In this document: in pieces, positions 10,348-23,700 of the stretch
Position numbering within the stretch: the first letter of the stretch is position 1
Layout: each line of letters starts with the position of its first letter
Origin: Nageia nagi
Taxonomy: Eukaryota; Plantae; Pinophyta
Direction: 5' to 3'
Assembly: GCA_050084985.1 (NCBI GenBank)
Contig: JBITNC010000001.1
Location: 138,570,001 to 138,634,000 of the forward strand
DNA length: 64,000 bases
Notes under the pieces: generated by a model
Seen by the model: the letters and a program-made list of their open reading frames with translations, nothing else
Database searches by the model: none
What the model was told of the DNA's origin: nothing
Translations under genes and position numbers: made by a program

Positions 10348-11719
10348 TTTCTGCAAGAGGGGGGACAAAAAGAAATAATCCCGCCCAAACCAAAAGCAAC
10401 TAATCTTAAGAAAATCAAGTTAGCGTAGTTTCTGTCCTCTCCCTTTGCAATTTCCATGTGATGAATGCGTGAAACCACCCGTGTGGGCGGGCTGTCTCCT
10501 TGTTGGGTCCTTGCAGATGATTCCTCTTTCAGCTCACCATGTGTCCAACTAATTTCCTCCTCCTAAAATCCATATTTTATTGAAGAAACGACCTTCGCAT
10601 ATTGTTATCTTACAACTATTTTGGTGGATCTCTGACATGCTATAAATCAATCTCTATTGTGTGGTGTCCTCCTCAGCAACAACAAAGGGGACAGCTTTTC
10701 GTTGTCATGAAAGGATTCTCATCTTCCATGACGAATATTAAGGTTTTCACCAAGCTATGACTGTCTGCTTCAGAGATGAAAGGATGACAACAATCACCTT
10801 CGTGATGAATATGAAAGTCTTTCATCAAGCTATGATTGTCTCCTTAAGAGATGAAGCGATGACAAGATTCATTTGAGTTGTATTATTTACTAGTATTATT
10901 GTATTTAGTTGTTGTATTTCCTACCTATAATATGAAAATGGATACATAAGTAAAGTGTCATTTTATGTCTATTTAGATAATAATGTCATTAAAACTATAA
11001 AACACATGATGGATAATTCAATTTATTCATGAATAATGTAAGAAGGGATTCATTGTGGTAGGATGCTACCAACAGAACTGAAAACAAACATAGATAAGAT
11101 TAAACTCAACACTTCATTTTTGTATTAGGTACATATTTCTAATAACTTGTAAGGATCTGAGTGATTATATGCACCAAGATATAATATAATTCTTAAAATA
11201 CTCCAAACACAACCATACAATTTAAATAGATCATATTCATAGTACATAGAAATGTAGCCTATATAATGAAATAAGATATTCAATTAAAATTTAAAGAAAA
11301 TGATGTATAAAAAATATTTTGACTTCGTGATTTTTTTAATATACTTACATTTCATATTTGATCATATATAATATTTATTTTTTTCTACTTTTTTGAAGTA
11401 TATAAGATTTAGTATTCCTTATAATTCTTGGTAATATTATCTACAATATCCTAACAAATATTATTATAATATCTTAACAAAGGATTTAGAAATAAGATTG
11501 ATTAAGATCCTAGCAATTATACTTTAAGAGAAAGAACTAATTTTTTTGTCAAGGGTAGGTAAATATGTGATGAAATAGTTATTGTACATGGAATAATCCA
11601 TTCAATAGTTAGAAATAAAAAGCTAGTTGTGATTAGTAACCCTTACATAAGAAAAATATATGTCAAAATATCATTAATATTATATAACAAGGTCATATAA
11701 AATAGAAAAATACAACTAA

Positions 11720-14700
11720 AAATACATTTTAATGTTCACGACTAATCAAAAATAGGCCAATGGGACTCAACATTTGTACAATCTAGTTAAATGATAAAAA
11801 GAACTAGAGTTGATAACCCTTGGGACTTACAAAAGAGAATAAAATAATTATTAAGAGTGTCCCAAGCTAGAAGAGGGATCACTCATAGAGGAAAGGAAAC
11901 TAGTAATACATAGCTATCATTTAAGCTATAATTGTACAGTGCCTGTGTCAGATATGAGATGATGTCATGTCAACTTGAGATTCTAAGTATCCTAAAGAGT
12001 ATTTTATGAAGGATGTTTCCTCATAATAGGATCTAAAATAGGCTCAAGATAGATTGTTGTAAAGATACTCACTTGAAGAGGATGATCTATCTCAAAAATA
12101 GTGTTAGGCATCTCTGGTTAAGAAAATAAAAAATATGTGCATGGAGCCTTGAGAATCCTTGTACATGTAATAATATCATCCTTGAATCTTGTAGTAGATA
12201 GGAAATCAGAATATGTAGTTATTTTCATTCTCCACCTCCCACAGAGAGTAGAGTCGATAAGTTCTCTACGAATGTGGAATGTAGTGGTCCATATTGACAT
12301 GAAGCTAATGTGAATAAACTCACAATTGTCTAATGAGAATCCTTAGGTTGGGAGACCATTGGTGTTGGACATAGGTTGGAATGAAAATGCTACTATCAGT
12401 GATATGTAAGAAATACTCTACATAAAAAGCTAGTTTAGGGTTGAGAGGTTATGGAAGGGAGACTCAAGTAAAATGAATGTAGTGATGGTAAATCTCCTCT
12501 CTAATATATCTTTGTAGCTTTGCCTTTGAAGTTCAAAGGTGATTAGGAGTAGGTAATGAAATGCTAAAAGAAGATTAGTCAATAAAGATACTCATATAAT
12601 AAAGAAGTCAACTTCATTTAGAGTACCAATAATACCTATACCTAATGAAGCCTAAATATTCAAGCCTCTTTGAAGAACACAAAGTAAGAAATGGGTACCT
12701 CTTGTGGCCCATGATAGATTTACCAAACTATAATAGTTTGTGCAGAAAGGATGTGAGCTTGAATATGCTCTCAACATAGAGTGGTTATATGATGAAATCA
12801 CTTTCTATAATATTTTATGATATAGTATGCTGATAATAGATCATTTGTTGAAGCATGATGGTATGAATCATCTCAATGTGTGACCATTGAACGAGTCTAC
12901 GACTAGTGCCCCAAACCTTTGTCTCATAGAGAACTATGGGTTTAACAAGGGTATGAAAGAGAAATTTATTTGAAGGAAATCTTGAAAATTAATATAGAAG
13001 TATTGATATTATAAAATAGAAAATGAAGCATATCCCTTACAAATATGTGATTATGAGGTTGGTTTCAAGCTGAAAGATGGTCCTAAAAACTAAACACCTA
13101 GGTAGGTGTAAGTAGTATAGATCTCAATTATCTCAACTTTATAACAAAAATGGTATCTAGGGAGAGTACCATTAGAGGTATTAAAGATCATGATCTTCAT
13201 TTTATCAAGGTTCACTATGAGATATTTTTGGTCACTCAAACTAGGAGGTATATCCAATTATCTCTAAATACCATCAAGAGAGTCTGATAAGAGAATCACA
13301 TCATTTACAAATAGAAGTATAGTAATTCAGATCTAATGAAGTAAAAAACTATTTTCTATGTGAGGGTGTAGTCAAAAAAAGTGCTCAAGGTCATCAATAT
13401 ACATGCTAAAGAGAGTGGGTGAAAGGGGGCACCCTTGCTTAACTCTAATAGTTGTAGTGACCATATCTAAAAACTCATCCATAGTTTAGAATCCACCAAC
13501 CACTATATCATAAATCCTTATGATGGAAATAAAAAATGTATAAGAGATACCAATAGTATATAAATTTTGAAAAATTTAGTATCCTAGGATATTTTTAAAG
13601 GCTATCCAAAAATCAATAAATCAACAAAACACTTGATGAGCCTCCTCAATGATAGCTCAAAGGATGAAGATATGATCTGCAATATGGTATTCCCTCTTGA
13701 ATATTGCCTTCCCTCTTAACATAAGGTTATTCTACTCCAAATGATATTATAGCATCATGTTCAGAGTTGTGGCATAAAGCATGAAAAAAATATGCCCAAT
13801 TATTAGGGTTTTGTAATTATTAGGATTAAAAATTATCCTAATTTGTGAATCAGATAAATGATGTGATGTAACCATGAGAGAGAAAATTCTAAACATAAAA
13901 CACCACTAAATAAAGTAATAGGAGAGGAGAGTGAGTCACCACCATATTTTAGAAACTCAACTTACAAGCCTTCATAATTTATTGCTTTACCAATACAAAG
14001 TTTTCAAATGGCTGTGGAAATAATGTATAGATAAAAAAGATGACAAGATAGGAGGTGATAGAATGTGTGGAGTATGTTGAACAAGAATATCATAAACTTA
14101 ACTATCATATGATACCAAAAACTAAGGTTCTATGTTATATGAGGGTTGTTTGCTTGGAAGGAGGGCACACCAAAAGGTTCTAGGAGAGTGATGGACATAG
14201 TCAATAAGAACATGTCAAGTAGTGGTAAGAAAATGATGTCTCTTTAGAATAAGATCATGATAAACTATTTGGATGGATAATAAAGAGGAAGGATCATGGG
14301 AGAGATAAAAGTGAAGTATCTTATGCAGGGATTTATATTTTGCATCATACCAATGATTCCTAAGTTAAGAATTAGAATAGCAAGGTAAATAAGAATGATA
14401 GGCCTTATGGGGAAAGGCATTAAGGTATTCCTTCTAGAGCATATTGGATAAAATATTGTATGTGGTAGTGACATTCTTAGGAGCATAGAGTAGATTACTA
14501 TTGTTATCTAGAAGGATAGTGGTATGTTGAATACTAGAAGGACTCAAAGAAGGAGAAAATTGAAAGTGAAAGCATTTAGGGGGTGTTTACTAAGAGAAAA
14601 AGTAATAGAATTGCATGGTATGTAAGGGAAAGACTATGTGATATAGTAAGGTTTTGAATGCAAGGAATAGAATGTAAGCTAGCTAATACATAGTCCACCA

Positions 14701-14810
14701 CACTTGCTCTTTAATTATAACTAAATTTTATGAATCTAATAGAGTCAAAAAGATAACCATACACCATTACAATTTGAATAAGTAATTTTAACCATATCAT
14801 TGATTACTAA
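11720..14810 (-). mobile_element. Degenerate non-LTR retrotransposon (LINE): end of the AP endonuclease plus reverse transcriptase
   Basis: Minus-strand translations RVKQGCPLSPTLFSMYIDDLEH (~13381-13450), ILLFVNDVILLS (~13290-13325), VFC*FIDFWIAF (~13600-13633) and ASVVDYVLAS (~14680-14710). Confidence 0.85.
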
Positions 14811-16162
14811 TACTAGAGAGCACCTTAATTTGATCGACCAAGGGCATGACTAAAAAAAGGGAGGTGAATCATGGATCACTAGTCTATGATCATAGATAAA
14901 AACCCATTTATTTTCTTTTTATACAATAATAACTAGATCTTGAGCCTTATATATCTCTTCAATTTTGAGTCTTGTGAGATCATCTAAGTAAATTTTGTAT
15001 GGAAGAAGAAGAAATTTTTTCTTTGCTTGAAAGGCTTGTAAGCAATTATTTGTTACTTTAAATCGATCAATTAATGTATCATTTTTTATAGTCTATGTTT
15101 TTCTAGGGTAATACTTTTTAGGTCCAAAGTATCATGAATGAATATGTGCACATCTTGTAATGGAGAGTTGGTTTTGGGAAGACAAAAAACTTGAAGATTG
15201 AGTTCCTTAGTATGGCAAACCATATCTTTTGTAAATTCATCTTATAGAACCAAGTCAACAAAAAGGAAGGCTTTTTATCCTTAGCTACTTTATCCCATGA
15301 ATGATGTTTTGTGACCTACTTCTATATAGATTGTTATTGAATAGTGGTTTCCTACTTGAGTTATTCATGTTGTGTGAGAATTTTTGATTAGTTATATTTA
15401 AGTTCAGTAACCACTTCCTAGATTTGTTGTAATTCTTGATGTGAAATTATACTAGAAGAGGAGGTTTGGGTGATTCAAGTATCTCATTTCTACTCTTCAT
15501 CTCTAATATGAATTGGTCCTTTTATGTGATTATTATTTAAGTAATGCAATCATTTTTTGAGAGCCAACAATAATCATTTCTAATTGTGAGATACACTAAT
15601 ATTCTTGAGCTTATGCATTAATAGTATTTCTTTGCTCTTCCAATTGAGAGATCTGTTAAGCTTGTGCAGTTATGGTATCCTTTTTCTTTGATACTAGAAT
15701 ATATATATTCAAGAGTCACTTCTTGAATAGATCTAATTTTAATTGAAATAAATTGATCTTCTCTTGGGTATTTGAGTTTTTGCTATACAAATATTTAATA
15801 AATTGATTTTTCCACTTTTTGAAGATCATATGGGTTTAGGAATCATTTGCATGCAAGATTAGGTCACATGTAGATGAATAAGGGTACATGTAGATGAATC
15901 AAGGTATATGTAGATGAATGAAGCATATCACTACTAGAAAACCCTAGATTTACATCATTTTTTATATCCAAATGTAGTGATTCTTTTTAATATTTTTTAC
16001 TCAAAACATATGCAAATTTGGATGCAGCTAACACAATATAATTTACATCAATTTTTACATTTTCCTTTAGTCATTTTTTACATCCATTTTTTGTATATTC
16101 AAGGTGTTTTTTGCATTCAAATGTATTGTTTCATGTCATATTTTATTTACTTTGTAGCATCA

Positions 16163-17072
16163 TTTGGTCTATTTTGTGATCCAAAAGAGTTAGATCTCTG
16201 TCCAAGTCTTGGAGTGTCGTGTTGATTTAAGAGAGTTCAAGAGTCATATGCAACTTGGAGTTGGATTCGATTCGATTGTTGAGGTTTTCAAGTGCAACAT
16301 CTTCCCTCTCTAACTTAACCAACAACCACCTCTTGGACTTCTATCTTCTCATTTTAACATCCTGCTTTAGCTTGGTTTGTATATTGCTAAGAGGACGTGA
16401 TACAAATAGAGACGACATCCTAAGACGGTTGACGGAAAATGAAGCCACTAGTGCATAACATACCAAGATGGTAATTGCCTTAGCATGGTTGACAGCCATG
16501 AAAGCTTCTTCACCTTATCCTACTTTTACTTTTTGCTGGAGGCTTACGCTATCAGCCATTCACCTGAGTGTAGACATGCATTTCTGAAGTCTGGATTGGA
16601 TGCCCTTGTTCTTTAGGCCTGAGAGATTCTCAAGTGAGCTGCCCGATCTTTGAAGGGAATTGGTTTGAATGGCTAACTGCATAGATACATGTTGCTTCCT
16701 GATTTCATCTATGCTATCAATCAACAAATTGCAGATTTCTGGCAGATGCAACATTTCTTCTAAATGTAGATCCACCAATTTGCATCCCTTACTTATACCA
16801 TCAATGTCAAACTCTAATTCTATGGATCTACGACAAGCGTTGATCACTACCTTCAAAGGTTCTCCAAGGCAATCTATGAAGTAATATGAGCAAGAAGGTT
16901 GTTCCTGTAATCTTTCCAGATCAGCTACGATTTCAAAGATGGTTGGGTGCCTCTCGAGTGTGGAGGGCATACTCCATGATCGCTTATGCCTGTAACCATC
17001 TTTCAGTGGAGAGAGGGAGCGCAGGGATAAGGCCGCTCTGGGAGATGATAGAAGAGATCCAGATGTGCTCAT
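16163..17072 (-). pseudogene. DUF241/BPS1-family pseudogene, copy B1
   Basis: HKRSWSMPSTLERHP N-terminal motif. CGA>TGA stop at 16560, a further TAA at ~16227, and the 3' end truncated at ~16163. Confidence 0.9.
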
Positions 17073-19167
17073 GGTGGTCAGGATTACTGATGCTATTACA
17101 TTTACATATGTATTTATATAGCTTATATTGTTGCAAGAGGGGAGACAAATAGAAAGAATCCAACTGATACCAAAGGCATCTAATCTTAACAAAATCAATT
17201 TTGCATGACTTCTATCCTCGCCCTTTGGAATTTCCATGTGATGAATGCATGAAACGATCCATGCTGGAGGCTGTCTCCTTGTTGGGTCCTTGCAGATGGT
17301 TCTACTTTCAGCTCACCATTTCAAACATGCCTACCACCATGTGTCGAACTATTTTCCTCCATCTAAAATCCATATTTTATTGCAAAACCTTCTTCGTATG
17401 CTGTTATCTTAACCACTTTAGTGGATCTCTGACATGCTATAAATTAATCTCTATTGTGTATTTTACTCCACTGCCACAACAAAGAGGATATCTTTTCCTT
17501 TTCATGAAAAGATTCCATCTTTCATGACGAATATCAAGGCTCTCATCAAGCTATAACTGTCTCCTTGAGAGATGAAAGGATGACAACATCCATCTTGCAT
17601 GATTATGTCCTTAAGGGATAAAGCGATGACAAGATCCATTTGAGTTGTCGTATTTATTAGTATTGATATCTTTTTACATGGTGTTATATATATTTTATTT
17701 CATCTACTTATAATCATTTCATTCTAAATGATGTCATAAGTTTTACATTTATTTGGATAATTTTGTATTACTATTTAATTTGTATGGATACTTGGTTTTC
17801 ATTATTATTTTCATTCTAATCTTATATTTAGCGATAAAGAATCTAAACAATTGATTGGTTAAAAAATATTTGCAGTACATTTTAATTTTACATAAGTTTT
17901 AAAATTCAATGTAGAATCTGAAGGTTAAATAACTAGCTATTGCAACAAACTGCAATCGGTAGAGTGTAGAAAAATATTTGGTTTTTATTTTAGAAATAAG
18001 TAGAGAATTCCATAAATTTTGAATTGTATAATTTTTAATTAATTTGTAATTAATCTAGTTATGTACATAATGAAAAATGTATGTAAATGAAAAGGAAGTA
18101 GATAAATATATAGTTTGTTTTCTATAGATTATATGTAATTATTGTGTGAGAAATAATATTATTTTTCAAATGTAAATGTTGGAAATAAATAAGGCATTCC
18201 ATAATGTTTCAATTTTTTATTTTTGAATACAATTAAACTTAAAAAAATGAGTATTTATCAAATGTGAACGTTGAAAATAACTAGAGTGTTTGAGAATGTT
18301 TGAAATTTATATTTTTGAGTACAATTAAACTCTAGTAATGGATATATTAAAGAAAATGTTGTTTGTAATAAATCTAGTTATGTACATAATGAAAAATGTA
18401 AGTAAATAGAAATGAAGTAGATAATGAGAAATAGTTTGTTCCAATATATGTTAGTTTGAGATTGATGTAATACATTTACATTTGAAGAAATGAAAATGAG
18501 CATGTAATAGATTGTGAAATGAAGATTATTAAAATGTTGAATTACATTGTAATGAAGATAATTAAAATGTTGAATTACATTGTAAGTAATATAGTTTTGT
18601 ACATAATGGAAAATGTAACTAAATGTAAAGCAGTACATAAAGAGAAATAATCTGAACCAATATACAAATCAGTTCTTTTTTGTTAATCTTCAAACTCTGT
18701 GTATGTTATGGATATTTTTTCCTATTACTCCATCCTTCCATAGGGTTGTAATTGGTTTTTCATAACAATATTTTGCTTGACTAGGTTCATGTCAATTCAC
18801 ATATGCAATTATACAAAATTAATCCATGAACAAGTTTACAGGAATTTTCTTTAGTTTTCCATATTTTTAGATACCTAAAATGAGATACTGGAATGTTAGT
18901 TTTTGCATTTGTAAAATATATTTAAATAATTCAAAGAAATTGTTATGTTTTGAAAATATGTAGGAAGGAAAAAATTATATATTTTAGAAAATGTTAATGG
19001 AATTCAAAAATAATTTGATGATTTCTATAAAGAAAGTAAGATATATTTTATTTATAAATATTTGCCTACAGAATATATAGCATAGCGAACCTGAAGAGAT
19101 TTTATATGTTATTGATGTTACCATGTGGGATGATTGGGAAGTGACAAAAAATGTTCTTCTTCTTTTT

Positions 19168-19560
19168 CTAACAACATACATGTATACCAAATTGCATTCT
19201 TTCCAATTTTTCAAAAGGGAAAGATGGTTGTATGTAAATATAATTTAATTCACATACTATAGATATAGTTATGAAAGCTAGTCCTTTATGTTTAGTGTTA
19301 CCAATATCAATAGTTTCCCTTTCAAGTAGAAGTCCTTGTGATTTATGTATTGTTAGTTCCCATGCCATTTTTAGTGGTATTTATCATTTTTGAGCATAGT
19401 TTAAGGGTATATGAATTTGAATTATTAATGTTTTGAATCCAATCTATTGGACCCATCTTCATAATTATTGAATAAAAAAAATAAATTGTAACCTTATTCT
19501 TTAAGTGGAGATAAGTAACACCTAATTTTATAAGATCAATATCAACCCTCTTACTATAAA
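19168..19560 (-). pseudogene. Pif1 helicase C-terminal relic (Helitron-like)
   Basis: IPLKMAWELTIHKSQGLLLERETIDIG...GLAFITIS matches the Pif1 LAWAxTIHKSQG motif. Confidence 0.85.
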
Positions 19561-20776
19561 ATACTAAAAATATTAATAATCTTAAATTCTACATAAAAGT
19601 ATCTTTCCAATGATGTAAAGAACATGAACAGTGAGTTAAAATGCCAAAGTTATGGCTAGTTTAGTATCATATTACTTTTTGTTGTTTGCAAATTAGGTCA
19701 ATAATAGGTAACCATGCCCTACTAATCTCAACACCTTGGTCTCTATTAATATTATTAGGGTTAAGTTTAATTTCAATAGATTCTCTAATTCTTTATTCTT
19801 GCAATTTATCACATCTAGCTAGGAGTTCAATCCTATTCATGAGTATATGGTGTTTAGTCTTATCTACATTTTTAGTAAGGGTAGATTTGATTATTATATT
19901 ATATTATAAACTAAAAAAATGTTCTTTAACTCTTTTATGTGTTGACCTACCTATTTCACTAATGCAACAAGTTCCATACTCACATTATCTTATATACACC
20001 TATATGTTTTAAGGGTTGTACATGGTCCTTCATAGATATGAACATGTTCTCTAATTTATTGAGAGGAAGAAAAATTATCTTAATGTATGCTTTTATTAAT
20101 ATTTTAGCTAAATTATAACTTAAACACTTGGTATAAGGATGGTAGGATACCCCTATGTGTGAATTAGTATTAATATAGTCTAGTATCTCATTTATTTTTT
20201 CTCTTTCTATCTTATTTCATGCATTTCTAATTTGTTTAGGAGAAAAACCATTACTCATTAGTGCTTTAGTTAGATGCATTTTCTCATTATGTATATGGTA
20301 ATTATCTAACTTTTGGTACCTCAAGGGAGTTTGTTTAGAAGGACATAAGGGTTAATCCTATTTGGAAACACATGGTGCTCTGGGTGGTATTTCATTAGGT
20401 CAATTTTGTGTGCTTTTTGATTATGAGATACCTTGAAGTGTGATTGCTCACCCTGCAACTATTTTTAATGAGGTTGGGGTCATTCTAGCCTATGGAGCTA
20501 CTTTATCATGGGAAGATAAAAGGATAGAAACCCTTTACTATTCATTTCACTCTCATTTGTCTATAGATTTAAGTATCCATAGTTACAAAGGAAGTCTTCA
20601 TATTCATGATTTTGCATTCTTTATGAAGAGACCGATGCATTATTTTTCTTATCATCAAATTATATGTTGTTAGAATTAGACAATCATTGGGATCCAAAGC
20701 CCAAGTGAAGCATAATTATAGTAACTTTTCCTTAGGTTATTTTAATGGTTCATGAATTCTTTAGGTTGGTTAAGAG

Positions 20777-23700
20777 TCTAAAGTTCTAAATAGAAACTAA
20801 AGTAATAATTAATAAATTCAAACTAGTAAACCCTGATGTCAGGTTTAGAGCATTAATTTCAAGTATAGAAACCCTTCATATTGCAATGTTAAGGCTAGAA
20901 AATCCACTTTAAGTTATTACAATGTAAATATACCAATTTCTAAGCTAGGGCTTTAGTATCAAATATTAACAATACCTAGATGGTATTGTCTGGCCAATAC
21001 AAGAATACATCAATGAATAACACTCTACGATACCAATATTTAGTAAACATAAACATATATAAGCAATGGTAATCCAATGATACATAAAACAAGTATACAT
21101 AACAAAAAGTATGAGATCCAATTCCCCAATGGATGAATGTATGATATAAAATGATAATAATACAATACCAGTCCTAATAGGGTTGATGTTGACATCCATG
21201 GAGCCAACTAGTGTATAAATGAATGCCTCTTACTATTGGAATGATATCAAAACCATCGAATAGTACACTCCCTTTGAATTTGAATCCCCTTTATCGAAGG
21301 ATCCCTCCTCAAACCTTGGCTAACCATTGAAGGTAGTTCAACTATACATCAAAATACCACTACATGGGTAAGGATGTTGCACCATTACTATAGAAGAATA
21401 GGATCCCTTATCCTGATATCCCTCCTAGATATTGTACCTAGTGGATATGCTTAGAGATGTTAAGTCTTCTTATCCTCTATATGATATTAAGTATAATAAT
21501 GATTAGGTATATCTAGTAATGAGGATTCAATGTTCTTTTATACACTTGCTCTATACATATCTCATGTAGGAGTCATCACCTTGCTTGTTTAATACAATGT
21601 TGGCCTTATGGGGGTCTAAAATATTCAACATGGGTGCCTAGGGGTTATGCATGCCAAAAATCCTTTAGTCCTAATAGAAGTGGTTATTGAAGGTGAAATG
21701 CAACTTCCATATTCTTCATCTAAGGTGGTAGTATGATGTAGATTACTAAATCCTCATGCCCATGTATGAATATAACTTGCAAACACCCTAGTTTGTTGTA
21801 ACTATCATTACTCATTAGTTGCTCCATTATAGTTCTCAACACACATGAAGGTGTATGTGTATCAATGTGAAGATGTACCTCTAATAACCTTAACAAAATC
21901 ATATATAAGTCAAAACAAGGTAGGATCTCACTCTTCAAATGAATCCAATCCTCCTCCAAGCATAACATGGGATTTCATGCTTTCTAATCATGGGCTATGT
22001 ATCCCAAGACTCCACCTCTCAACATGGCATGTGAGATTACCACCTAATCCAACATCAAGTGCAAAAACTCTTCTAGGTACAATATGGAAAACCAACATCT
22101 CCTCATACCAACCATTAGGTGCTCAAATCCCTTCAAATTGAACATAAGAAGCCTAGCCTCTCCAAGGCTCAATGTGGGATGCTAAGACTTTTTAAAGCTC
22201 AATGTGGTATGCCTAGTTGTCCTAAAGTTGAATGTGAGATGAAAACTCTCTCTAAGGCTCAATATTTTATGGTGAGTCTCCTAGGTACCCAACATAGAAT
22301 GTATAGTATCTCCTATGCTCCACTTCTAATGATAAATCCTTTGGATACCAAACAATGGGTGGAGATCCCTTCCAAGTACTAACAGAGTATACCTAGCTCC
22401 TCCAATATCCAACATAGTCCCTCTAAACTCTTTGGCCTATAACAAGGGGTATAGAAGTTTCCCACTACCCCTCATCTCCTATTGGACCTCCTCTTCTGTC
22501 AACATGGCCCCATCTTCTGCTTCCTCCTTATTTTGACACAACTCAATTACTTCTAGCCACTTATTGTTTACTTATGGATAATCATAATTAATCCCCTACA
22601 ATGTGTGGGTCTTCCCATTTATCTCAAAACTCATAGTGAGTTTTTGATTATTGGTGTAAATATCACGCAAATTGAATAGCCATTTCACTCCCAAGATAAT
22701 GTAAGGATACCCCTTCAAGGGGTAGATGTAGAAATCCTCCTTCACTATACAATTCTATCATATCACAACAAACCTCTCAACAATGTGATCTACTAGTATG
22801 AGCTTATCATTGGTGTTGGAAACTTTGAATCTCTCAAACCCCTATGTCTTTAGATTCTTCTATTTTATAAAGCTTACAACGATGAAATGGTGGGATGCTC
22901 CAAGATTGACGAAGACCATCAAATCATATCCTCATGATTTCCCCATGATATTTAGCATGAGGTACCTCTTCATCCCATGTAGTGAGGTGATCATGCTCCC
23001 TAATGTGCCCTTAACTTGAGGTACCACCTTATCTAGGGTGTCTACTCCAATAACCTAATCCATATCATCTAACGCATCCTCTAAAAATACCTTTATCTAA
23101 TACACATATTCCTTGCATTGATAATGATCACTTGGCTTCAAACTCTTCTTGTAATAGAAGCACTTTCCCTCCTATATTAGATTCCTTCATGTGGCTGCAT
23201 CCAACTAATTTGTTCAAGGTGGGGCAAAGGTTTTAACGTTACTAGGCCCATATTTATTGGAAAGAGGATTTTATGTGACTATCCCTTTATATGTATTCCC
23301 TTCCTTGAAAATTTTTACCATTGGCTCCATATCATAAGTAGCCCAAATAGCATGATCAAGGTTCTTAGGAGAGGATGCCTTGATGATTCCTTACAATGGC
23401 TCCATCAAACCTTCAATGAAGAGGAATATCAATCTCTCCTTAGGAATGTGATGAATCATGACTACAATCTTTTGAAACTTTATCATATACTCATCCACCA
23501 CTCTATGTTACCTTAATGATATTAAATCTTGTTTTAATCAAACCTCTTAATCAACCATCAAGAAAAATCATTAAAGGAGGTGATGAGTGAATAACCCTGG
23601 CCCATCACTCTATTTTATCACCACTCTAGGGAACCACCCTCAAAATACAAAGATGCAAAATGAATTTCATACTCCTCCATAACATTAGAGCTCAAGGTAA

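Larger units (their letters stand above)
9330..21660. repeat. Segmental duplication unit 1 (paralogous to ~33170-42750)
   Basis: Colinear A gene, upstream block, LINE, B gene, Pif1 relic and Gypsy LTR in both units, with copy-specific deletions. Confidence 0.92.

Noticed and set aside
14831-15957. Possible solo LTR (tga...tca ends, gggaggtgaatca motif, three 20-bp repeats near 15866-15920)
   Set aside because: No TSD, PBS or PPT, and the only other copy lies within the segmental duplication.
21940-22470. CRISPR-like periodicity here and at 46925-47620 and 59410-59560
   Set aside because: Contiguous degenerate tandem units with no unique spacers or cas genes, in a eukaryotic TE context.
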